A stretch of DNA of 64,000 bases from Balanoglossus misakiensis (taxonomy: Eukaryota > Animalia > Hemichordata): the NCBI GenBank assembly GCA_040954595.2, contig CM082579.2, positions 306,922 to 370,921 of the forward strand, written 5' to 3'. Made by a program: the position numbers and the translations under genes. This document shows, piece by piece, positions 36,601-48,300 of this stretch. Position 1 is the stretch's first letter. Each line of letters starts with the position of its first letter. The notes under the pieces were generated by a model that made no database searches, was not told the origin of the DNA, and worked only from the letters and a program-made list of their open reading frames with translations.

Positions 36601-39600
36601 ATAGAAACCCATCAAAACGAGCTTTCCAACATTTGCGTCTGCAAATTGCACTTTGCGAGCGCCATGGTAACCAGCGTTGCAATCACAACGGTCATGCTGT
36701 GGCTATATTATTTTGAATTATGAGAGAAATTGGTTTGGGGAAAAGGAAAGTCAGACTTTATTATGTTTTGAAATAACTTCATCACATTTGGATAGAACAT
36801 CGGATCGACTCAGTTTTAGAACTTTTCTCTGATTGTTTCTTTGCAATGTAAAAAATACATTTGTTATTCATTATCGAAAAACACCACGTTTTCACTGGAT
36901 TTGGTTTCTTGCATCTGACAACTTGTGGTAGATGTCTCCAAGAGGTTTAGTCAAGCAGCGTGGCGTATAGAGTTACAAATGTCGATCAAGATCTCAAATC
37001 TAAAGTTGAAATATATCAGGGTGTGGGTGCACCGAGTCTGGCAAACTCGATGATGTATCGAACTACAAAAGAACAAACGACAATCACTCACAGTTGGATT
37101 AGCACCAAAAGGTTGTGATTATTCTCGCCTTTGCGTTCACCTAGGGAGCCATTTCTCCGTCGACGCCCGTATGAGAAATTGCATTCCCGACCTGAGTCGT
37201 CAAAGCAGAGAGTTAAACACGAGTGCCCAGTTTCCCCCATCGGTCGCTATCCTTGACTGCAGATAAACAAAGGATGGTTCTCATCCGAAGAAATGATACC
37301 GAATTACAGGGAGTTTGGGGACGTTGGGTACAAGACAGAGTGAAATTGAGACAGTGTGATTTGAAACAAGATGAACACTTGAATACTTATAAAGAAAGAT
37401 ACAGGTCCCTAAACACTTCTGGATCCAAAGAATCAAACAACGAAAAAACAAACAAGTGTGACTATTAGAGCAGAATGGGGGTTAGTCTAGAGTATCAGTC
37501 ACAAACATGTTGCTTTCTGAAACGCTTGTTAAAGGTGTAACATGCGAATCCTGGTAGAAATCAATATATTGGACAAAGTATAAAGTTTCTAGAAAGATGC
37601 GTCTCAAAAGATTCAATTCACTGGGTATTGATGGCTATTTTGTTATTGATAGCTTTATTTCGGAATATCTTACCATAATAAGTATAATATACATTTACCC
37701 CATAGAAGGGAAAAACGCACCACAAATTAAAACGGACTTTAAAAGGAGATAAACAAAAAGAGACACCGTCAAACCATGCATAGCAAAGTATTGAAAATAC
37801 TTCAAGCTGTCTATAAATATTACAGACAGTTTTGTGAACAGAGAGGAGAAATTAGGGTCATGACGGATCAAACATGGCGTTCAGGTATTACTCAAACAAA
37901 TGACATTTGTTTGGAAATTAAATCCATTCCAATCTGGCATTGGTGACACCCTGTGTGCGATATGGTTTAGTTTGGAGTGATTTTACCCTGGAACTATTGA
38001 CAAAAATGGCACCATCACCGAGTCACCGAACCAAAACGATCATTTTCTACACCGTCCCTGTACAAGCTGTGTTGAAACGGTGCGGCTTGTGGACGCTACG
38101 TGGACGACACTATTTTCATTCAAATAAATTACCTTGTACAAGATCCGCCGCTGCGGATTCGACAACTTCAGATAATTGATGCGGGCAATATTATGACATT
38201 GCCTCATATCGATATAAATCATTTCCAGCTTTCATACAAGTATTTGCAATATAGTTTCAAAATGAAAATGTTCTGTCGCCCATGACGGCATGTCTGATAT
38301 ACAATACATAATGTTCCAGTCAGACATGTTGACACGTGAAGAACCCAGTGGAAAATGTAGAAGCACAATCTAGACTGAATCTCAATTCCGATTCAAAAGT
38401 TATTTACACTGCTTTCTTCTAATCATGTTAATCCTTTTGGACGAAAAACAATGGAGGCGGTCTGGAGGTGTAGTTTGAAACTAGGCTGGTGAAAAAATGT
38501 AAAAAATATAAACCCAGCTATTGGCGTTTTAACTCTGGGGAAGAGTTTACCAAGATTCGATTCCGCGTCCGGAAAAGATTGTTTTCTATAGAGCAACCAA
38601 TAACCGTAAAATCGGCTATCACAGACTGAAAAACGATTTGGCAGCGAAACGAATTCATTTCACCTCGACCGTCTGAAAACCGAACCACCCAGCAAGATAC
38701 CAGTAACCTCATGTGGTGTCCAGTCTGTTGGTCAATTTTAGTTTTCCCCTGTGAAACGAACACGCTTTTGCGTTGTTTATCAACACCCTTTCCTTACTAG
38801 GTGGTGGTCTGACCAACCACTGAAATCGACATGGCAATAAATTGCGTAAACATTTGTAACATTGGCGGGAGAGGTGTTCATGCGTACTGAGACTGCTGGG
38901 TCAGAAACAAACGCTCAGCTCTGCAGATTACTGCTGAAGTCAATGACGATCGGCTTGTTGTGGCACAATGAGTCGCATATTAACAAACAACAGACGCTAG
39001 GCCATTGTGTAAATTGTCCGGAGAGAGATTTGAAAAGATGCACATTGGTCATGGTGGAAATGAACAACAATGATGCTTCTGTTGAAGCAGAAGAGAGAGA
39101 TGACGATCGACATCGATCTGCAATAAACTGTTTGCGATCAACAGATAGTCATTTGGGATGACAACGCTACGTATCCCAAAATTGAACAAAGACGATACAT
39201 TTGTATATTATTTTAAAATGATATTTATTTCATGAGTAAAATTCGGACAGCAGCCCCTAACAAAATTAGAAATAGCAAAGTAAAATATACGATTCTACCA
39301 ATGTTCTAAATATTTCACTTGAAGTAACTGAATAAATTATGTTTGCGAAACTTTTATTGTAAGTAATTCACCCAAAAAGTGCCACCAGGTTGCCATCATT
39401 GACTTGTTTCCCTGAGTTTCAGAAATTCGTATCGACTATGAACTCATCGATCAACCTCAGTGACCAAAAACTTCAAGTACCACTTGAATTTACTAACTCA
39501 TGGGATAATTCAAATAAATAACTACTATTTCGAGGAAATACTAAATCAGAAAAGCTATCATTGATTTGAATTTCACCTTGGATGCACGTGTACTCAACTG

Positions 39601-40433
39601 AGTCTGGTTCTGCGATTTCAATAACAAGACGACGATACACTCCACTTCTATGCATGGACGCTTAGGCCTACGTGAATACATCATATACACGACCGGGAGG
39701 AGTGGTTTCTGCAACCGGGGTGCGCGTTAACAATCACCCGGCGGATTCTGCAGTGTATCCGCGATATGCAGATCTGATATCTACCATGTCCGCCGAAAGT
39801 ATTGTATCTTCAGAAGTCTGAATACAATTATTTCAAACCTTAATTGGCAAGATTTTAAGGACATATCGGCATGTTTGGTGGAATGGAAAAGTTGAACAGA
39901 TATCATGAATCTAAGCCTTCTTATAACAGGAACTTGCAGACACTCACGCTTAACAGATCGAGATCAAGATTTTTTTGAGGGGATAAAAATATGAACCCTA
40001 TAAGCTAGCTTCGCAAGCCCTGTTTCGAATCAGCCCTAAATCACAGTGCGGGACTGTGTCCAAATGAAAGAACACAGGGAGGTATTAAGCATCACTGTCT
40101 TTCGACAATCCAGCAATTTCAAATGTTGTTTTCAGACTTGACATTCATTCGATCATTTTCATCAGCCGCGAGACAGGCAGGCAATCAGAGCACGGCTGGC
40201 ATCTCAACTCTGTCCATACGCCGGCGAACCAATCGTTCACAACACCACACTGACAAGAGCAATGCTCGACCTCGACAGCGTGAAAACGTATCCAACTTTG
40301 GGGATTTCTTATTTATTTGTAGAAAGTCTCCAAACGTCCTTTATGTCCATTTCTTGCTGTAAATTGCCGGAAATAGATCAGTCGGAGTTGTGTGATGACA
40401 CACTAAGTTGTGTGGATTTCAAGCTTGTCTAAC

Positions 40434-42392
40434 TCACTGTTTCAGTTCCAGCGCCCACACGTGTTGCGGCCAGCCCGTCCTGCCTCTTCCACGCTTCTCT
40501 CCGTTACACTGCACTCCAAGCATCGATGGCTACAAAAACAAACCAGAGAAAAACAAATTTCGTGTGTTTAATTCCTACTTAATGCAATTTTTAATTCGAC
40601 AATATGCATTTTTACAAATGTCATTTTGAAATATTGAACTCCGTCACCCACAGTCACCAAAGCGAACGACCAAAGACTTGCGATTTTGTTTGGTTGTGCA
40701 TTTTCGTCCTACCTCGGGAGGACTTTGCGTATACTGTAAGAGACCTATAAACAACATAACCAATTCAGTCCCAACAGAATTTAGTATCAATTTCCTTGTA
40801 ACCTGTTTTCGCATGGCAAGAAATGATAACTAGCCTGGACTTGCAGAATTTGGCGAAACAAAATGGCAAATTTGTTCTGAGAAATCGCCAGACAACTTTG
40901 GGATGAATCAGGGTAGACGAGACAGACTAATACATGCAGAGCGGACTGGTCTGAAGAAAACAACCAAAGAATTCTTTATATGTAACGCTGCTAATGCTTT
41001 ACTAAGAGTGGGATGAGCAATTATCAAGTCTGTTGTGTTTCAAATGTTAGCCTTTTTAAATCCACTGTTCAGTGACGGGCAGTAGGTCATACACCAAAAC
41101 CCAAAACACCGATCATCTCAAAGGCGGCAAATATTGTTTTAGGCTATCATAGGGTATTCGATTCCACATGATTTATACTTTTTCTATTAAGTCTGCGGCT
41201 AGAGTTGCTCGAACCACTCCAGAAGTTAATTCGTATGTATCTGTTCATAGCTTTGATATACAATATCTTCAAGAACTGGCATTAGTTAGCGGTATCTACT
41301 GTACGGTGTCCATACACCGGGCTACAGTTACAGTGATAGCGGTGAACTTTTCCACCGGTCGACAGCAGCTTCAGTCAGCGAGATTACATTAGAGATCACA
41401 GTTCAAATTTGAGTGAAATCCTTCAACCAACCGGTCAGTTTCAGATCAGTTGGACTAATAAATATCCAAAAATAATTATTCTTATCATGCTCCGTTCCGC
41501 AGAAATCATTAAAACGAAAATCAATCTTGTACTCACAATGTCATATGTGGGGGATCTTGTTGTGTCCGCATTGTTTGTACAACTTATTACACGAAGAAAA
41601 ATTCATTTCACAAAATTCAAAACATTTCTTACTTTTTCTTATACTATAGAATTTGAAATATAAATGATGGAGACTTTTTTGCGGATCCAGAGTCGATTTG
41701 AAATTGGTAAAAGAGAAGATGACAAGTGGACAAGCTCTGAAGCTCCGATGTCACCATCCACTTGACGTCACTTTGTGTGATGTATCATCAACTTGACACT
41801 GACCATCACGGGGAATCATCACATTATAGTTACAACTCGTCTCTAAAGGTAATCTTCAACGCATTTCAGAAAATGAGTGAAACATGCAACTCACCATTTG
41901 TCGCCTTCCCTTGTCTTCTTTGCCTTCCAGTTTCCGAAGCTCAGCTCGGAAGCCTTCGGGCATACTCTTCGTCGCATCGTCGCTGTTGAGCACATCCATT
42001 AAGTAGGATATGTAACTTGTAGCTAGCCTTAGTGTTTTGATTTTTGAGAGTTTAGTGTCGGCCGGAACGTTTGGGATGCAGTCCCGTAGGTCGGAGAAAG
42101 CACCGTTGATACTCTGGGTGCGTCGCCGTTCTTTTTTATTGGCCGTGTTTCTCCGTTTAATGGGCCTGGGTCTGGGTGTACCTTCGGACATTTCGTAGGT
42201 ACAAGGACTGGTTTCCATGGTGTAGTCAGAGGGAGACATTTCTCCGCCGTTTAGTATCCAGCTTTGATAGTAACGTCCATCGTGGTCAGGGTAGGGAGGA
42301 GCGGAATGGACACCATTATGGTGATAGGAACAGTCATTCGGCATGGACAAAGCAACGGGATGGGGTTGGCTGTAGCCACCAACGAGACTCAT
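40434..42392 (-). CDS. HAND2: heart- and neural crest derivatives-expressed bHLH factor (HAND, HAND2-like), 197 aa, two exons
   Basis: Exon 1 42392-41895: MSLVGGY..HP N-terminus, YYQSWIL, and bHLH KRRNTANKKERRRTQSINGAFSDLRDCIPNVPADTKLSKIKTLRLATSYISYLMDVL. Phase-0 intron. Exon 2 40529-40434: PSMLGVQCNGEKRGRGRTGWPQHVWALELKQ*, the HAND C-terminal signature. In an invertebrate this is probably the pro-orthologue of HAND1/2. Confidence 0.97.
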
Positions 42393-42693
42393 GATGAACG
42401 ATATATATAGATATCAAGTGAAAACTACAAACTCGTATGGAGCCAGGAAACTTGCAGTGAATATATATCTTGGTAGTGAATGTCAACTTCACGATGGCGA
42501 GCGCTACCTTCTTGACACTTCGGTTGGCTTAGTTGATTTGCATGGGTCCAAAACGCAACTCGTGCCCAAAAACTCCAGCAGAAAAGACGGACAGTTGACA
42601 CCAACGTGCCGGAGTTTGCATACGTTAATGCGTCAATGAACGCTTAACTGTCTGGAACTGTATTTTAATAGCAATAGTTGCAGTTCACTGCCA

Positions 42694-42705
42694 ATTTATA
42701 TAAAT
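42694..42705 (-). promoter_or_regulatory. candidate HAND TATA box
   Basis: Palindromic ATTTATATAAAT about 300 nt upstream of the HAND ATG; the TSS is not known. Confidence 0.45.
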
Positions 42706-44834
42706 GGTGATGTATGGGAGCCACCATTCGCCTAAAGGGGTGGCCGACCTCCGAAGTTGAAGGACCTCGGTGATGTATCTTGTACGTTTGAAGTTTAATG
42801 TGACTCACTTTGCAACCATGTCATCGCACGCGCCCGGAAGATAACTTTCAAGCAAAAATATGAAATAAAAACTTGAAATATTGTAAGGGTTATCGGGGAA
42901 TATGCTTGGGTTTCGTCTATGCTATGATGTCGCGTCGCCCTGTCTATACCACAACTGTTGAAATACCTTACTCACGTGGATGGGCAGTCCTGCTGTTTTG
43001 GTGACGGCATGGTGTCAAGATCCATGGCAGACGATGCATGCAATTGGATGCTGACCACTTGATCGTTATCTCTTGGAGTCTTCCCCAGAGGATGGCGCGT
43101 TACAAAGCCACACTTGTCTGTCAAACGGTTCTGGCCAGTTTCGGGTGGTCTGTTCAAACCTACGAGAAAAGAATGTACATTTTTACGATCTGTAAGCACT
43201 CCCTCGTGAGCACTGATATGTAGCTGGGCGCGTTGATCAATTTCTGGACCGTTGTTTAAAATGAATCAACAAAAACTGGGGGAAAACTTTAAAATGTACA
43301 AAATAATTATCAGTCAGTGTTCGGTACTGCTAACCCAGTTACCAAGGTTACTGGTGTTAAACTTTGTTTGTAAGAATTCCAATCAAAGACGAATATGATA
43401 ATTTTTCATGGTGTTATTATAAAAGATGAGTTGTGCCATGTAAACAAGTGTCGTATTTCAAAGCACGATAATAAAATGATATATTTCCGGCATAAGGCAT
43501 TCGAATGGAATTTTCTTTCGGTCGGCTTGGGTCAGAGAAAACTGCAGAGAGATAACCCCCCCCCCCCCCCCCCACACACACACACATGAATTCTGGCACA
43601 ATTTTTGACCGTTTACGTTGTTACGGTACGGTAGAAATAACCTTTCAAGAGAATAATTGGTGCGCACAATATAACGAAAATGATTGAATCAATCAAATAA
43701 TTTTTAAAAGGAAGTTTTACAGTAAAATTACTAAGTTTACCCTGCTTTGTCGAGAGGTAGTTTGTTTGAAGCGTTTGTGCATTCGGCGTCTCAGTCCGGC
43801 TAGAAATACGACGTGGTTGTATGAAGAAAGTTGGCGCGTGCTTCAATGCAGGTATCACAGTCTGTTGTTCAGTGAAAAGGCAAGTTGACAACCGTCTATC
43901 CTTGCACCTTGGTCTCACATTAGACCACGCAGAAAATCCCGCAATTCCTGTACAACGCCAGTCAATCAAATCCACAGTCGACGTGCAGCAGCAATCTCGT
44001 GACATGAAAATGGCGTGTCACGTAGACTACCAACCACGTGAACTCCGAGACTATTGTCTTTATATACCAGTGAACACCTGGCTGAATAATATTATAATGG
44101 CCACCTTCACCTGGTTTTTATGGTGGGAGATATTGAAAGGCATAACCTTTGACATGCGAAAAAATACGAACCTATCGAACCATGTATACCAAGCTGTTCT
44201 GTTTCTCTCGAGCAAGCGTACTAAAATACATGAATGTGGTACCGTACCAACGTAATCGGATATGTATGTAGCCATTTATTGATTCTAACTTTGAATTTAC
44301 GAATAGGATATTCTGTCTACTGTGCTCGTTCGTTGTTGGCGTTCAAACCACCACGTAATTACTTGTTCGTATATTATAAGGTAATAAAGGTAAAAATAAA
44401 ATGTCAACGTCGATAAGCAGAATTTTACCAGTACTCCTGATAGGAACGTATGTGAGTTGGTAAAAAACGCAGATTACGGTCACAAAATTTGATTATCAGA
44501 AATCCAATCTAGATATATCACAAATCAAAAAGGGATATGTGTTCTTTGCCACTGGTGGCGTATAAATTACAAGTAAGCGCTTCTTTGGCTGGTATTCAAA
44601 ACTGTATTTGAAAGCTGTATTGAAGCTGTATTTGAAACATCATACAGTATGATACAAGTCCAAAGCAATTTTATCGAACTAAAAACAGACAAAAAGCACA
44701 GCAAAAGTAAATTTTATTGAGTACATGTTGATTAGGTGATACCTTAGGAGATGATCTCGCGCCTTTCAGATACGACTAAAAACTCTATGGTGTTGCTTAG
44801 TATGGGAAAGGAGACTTCTTATTTTTGTCATCTG

Positions 44835-45227
44835 AAATAGCGCCCTCAATACAAAAATTCCAACAATCGCCAATGGTGGCGCGGTATTACACATTGCCCA
44901 GTTTTTTTTGTACATAAGGCTCCATATGTAAATTGGGAAAATATGACCCTGGTCTAGCTGTATCTGTTTAAACGGCTATATGGACGGGTTGGTGGGCGTG
45001 GTTTCCTACCAAAATTGGTGGTAACCACGCCCCTAGCAACCCCAACAAATGACTATTTCCAAAGTTGGTCTAATTTTTCAAGCATTTAGTGATTGTATGT
45101 AATTGTAATATTTGTATTTCATGTAAATTTTATTTTTGCAGGCATAGAGTTTGTAAAAGAAACCATGATTGACACCCAGAATAAATATACCGGAGAAAGA
45201 GCCAAAAGTTACCGAGTGGACCTTTAA
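44835..45227. mobile_element. probable relic of a non-autonomous DNA element
   Basis: Ends in GGACCTTTAA (TTAAAGG-type terminus) with short internal inverted motifs (gggcgtggtt/aaccacgccc). The matching other terminus was not found. Confidence 0.3.
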
Positions 45228-45339
45228 TGTTGTCATGTGATAGATTCCCCCATGTTGCGAATCATGAATCAAACGACTTTTTTTACCAAACCATATAATT
45301 GCACTTCTTATGACCAAAGCAGATCTGCTGAGGTACTAA

Positions 45340-48300
45340 TTACAGATTTGGCACAAGTCTTTCAACGGTTTTCTGGTGAACTTTATCCAACCATTCAATC
45401 AAGATTTTATTCAACTCTCTGGGTCTGCAAAAAGGTTAAATGTTTTATAAATTAGTACCTTTGGTCAAAATTGTAGTCATTCAAATCTTGTGGTTGTTGG
45501 GGAACTAATCTAAGGATAGTTAATAACTTACTTTTCTGTTTGAGTCCAATGTCCACAATCCAAGTTTGCTCTTGTCAGATGTGGAACCTGAAAAAAATAG
45601 TGTGTACTGATTTAATTTCAAAACAAATTAAGGTAGTTTTGAGGTTTGCAAGGGTATTTCTATTACCATTCTGAAAATTAGCTTTTTCCTTCCTAAGGAC
45701 AGGCCACCACTCAGAGAACCCAAAGCAAAGTGAACTTACCCATTGCTCCATGTGTTTGCTGAGATCTGGTTTCAACACTGAGTCTCTTGCAGCAGTCACC
45801 ATCAGTGATGGAACAGTTATCTGTGGGTTGTAGAATCAAATTTCATACACATAAAACAATGCTGCTAAGTTTGTATTTGCTGACGGACACATTCAACGGT
45901 CAATGAGCAGTTATTCTCATTATTTTTGTATGCATTCTATTGCAATATAACTGACAGTACTTTTATGTCATGAAAAGTGCCAATCACACACATCAACGAA
46001 AATAATACACATTTTTCAGAACTCATGAGACCATCCACAGTGATCCCCAAATGCACACTGAACACTTGTGTACAAACAAAGATGGCAAACTTACTTTCCT
46101 GTCAGCAACTTTTAATCCCCATTTCCAATTAGTTTCTATGGTACGATGCCAATTCAAAGGCCCTCTGAAATAAACCAAAAGTATCTAAAGTCCATAAAAT
46201 TGTGCATAACAATATTCTCCTTTCATTCACTGTAAAATAATGATCATCAGCAACAATTACAGTGGCATGAGATACTTCACCATATGAACAGGTCGAGAAA
46301 TCAAATTGTCCATTTTTTATATAGTTGTACCATTTCAAGTAAATACATTTTCGTAGTTTAATAAATTATCTAGCATTGTGTTTCTATTAGTTGAAGAAGT
46401 CTCACCGAAATCCAGATTTCTTGAACTGTTGTACATAGTAATCAATGTCAGACTGTGTCACATTATAAGGACATGGAGGTTTTTCAGGGCAACCTACAAG
46501 TATACCACCTGTGAAAATAAAAATAGTCAAAGTTCAGGCAAAAGTTAGCAACTGTCACTGAAAACCCAAACCCAAGCAGATGAATGTTTATTTTGATTTT
46601 GATCATAAGCCATCTTATCTTAGCCTCACTAAGGAATATTATCCTCTGAAATATGCAAAGACAGAAACAAACTTAAACATTTTCATAACAGGCAGCTGCA
46701 ACTTTATTAGTTTAAATGACACATCCTCACCTCTAGCTCTGACGTTGTCAGTAAGTGCACCAGACTGTAAAGAATGAAAGATTTTTGGTCAGATAACAAG
46801 AAATAAGCAAAAGACTCTTTAAACCTTTCACCTCAGTTCCCTCTACAGAGGTCCAACCGTCCTATAGAAAACAATATATTTGTACTGAACCATAGTGGTG
46901 AAATGGTTAATGACACAACCACAATTGAAAAGCGAGGTGGACTATAATGATATCTGCAAGTATGAATAAGACTTCTATGGTTATTTCAGAACTATAAAAA
47001 GACATCAGTCTTAAGTTCATTTCACTTCTTGACACATCTTTTGGAAGACTAACAGAGATAGTAAAGATATATAGAATATGCAATGATTGGTAAATGTCAC
47101 TGTATGTGGACAGCACTAGGGTAGCTGAGTTTAACAATGTATGTGTTTCTTTACCTTCTCTGTAAAAGTAGTCAACATGATCTTCATAGTTCTGTCAATA
47201 TCCTTCTCAAACTCAGATTCAGCCACACCCTGTAAATTTGTATATTTTATGTTGCTATATTTCTTAGAATGGAAAGGTAAGGCAAAGAAGATCATTATCA
47301 GATCGCTGAAATTCATCAAGTTGCAAGAGGTTTTACAAACATACTTACAGGTTCTTGAAAGTAAGCTTGATAGTCAAATTTACCAGGATTCTCCATTATT
47401 CTTTTTAATGGATTTTTATCTGGTTTTACTGGGAAGAACGGGGTGTTGATGCCAGCAATGGCTCTGTAAACAAGCAAACAAACAAACATATATAAAAATA
47501 TGAGTTTTCTACAAGAGTTCTAAATGGTATCATTGACTGAATGCACACAGAACAGAACTTTTGACAAAAGTAGCAAGACAAAAGTCTATATTACACATTT
47601 AAAAGAGTGGCACATACGTGGTTCTGTCTGGATAGAAAACGCCCATATTCCACACAGTGACTCCACTGCAGTCGTGACCAATAAAAGTTGCATCCATAAC
47701 ACCCTACAAAGTAACAGGAAAATAAGATAAATGTGGGTTTCTGACAATGAAGCTCTCAATTTAACAACTTCTTTTCATCTGTGGATCTTTTGGCATCAAA
47801 TTTTATCCTCCTTCATTTTAGTGTTCTTTCTTTTCTCTCCTGTCTGTCTCATCAATCATTGCTCCCTCAACTGTCTGGATATGTCTCCCCTACCTTCTCC
47901 TCTCGAAAAAATGATTTAATACATACCAGGTTATCCAGCAAATCTATCAAATCCTGAAGCAAAAAATAAATACAAGAACTTTTTAAAACTACTGATATTG
48001 ACATAAATCCATTTTATGAGAAAAATTAACTCCTTTTAGATGATTCTCAGAGATTGATCTTTATACTTACAGCACATATCTTCTCTTGAGTGTACTCTTC
48101 AATTTCTGAAATGTGAACATTGAAAAGATATCGTTTACATTCAATATATCCAATCCAATATAAACTTTCTGTGATTTGTTGAATTTGCTTTTCAAACAAA
48201 AAATGGCTTAGAATTATCAGCAATACCTGGTGGGCTTGATGAATCTCCATATCCTCTCATATCCGGTACAATTACTCTGTATCCTGCCAAAGCTAATGCC

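Noticed and set aside
23100-40400. Known miRNA hairpins, tRNAs or ribozymes in the HAND desert
   Set aside because: No recognisable mature miRNA, tRNA box or hammerhead core was seen by eye; an Infernal/Rfam scan is needed to exclude them.
43613-44275. 130-144 aa ORFs upstream of HAND on both strands
   Set aside because: No recognisable domain or exon structure; stop-poor frames are expected in this GC-richer region. A non-coding transcript cannot be excluded.
45290-45342. Stop-codon readthrough to a hidden PTS1 in the EPHX2-like gene
   Set aside because: The stop is TAA-T and the extension ends in ...YMVW*, not an SKL-like signal.
47927-47953. 27-nt exon (DLIDLLDNL) in the EPHX2-like gene
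   Set aside because: It encodes a core helix matching a short exon recalled in vertebrate EPHX2, so it is likely constitutive rather than a regulated microexon.
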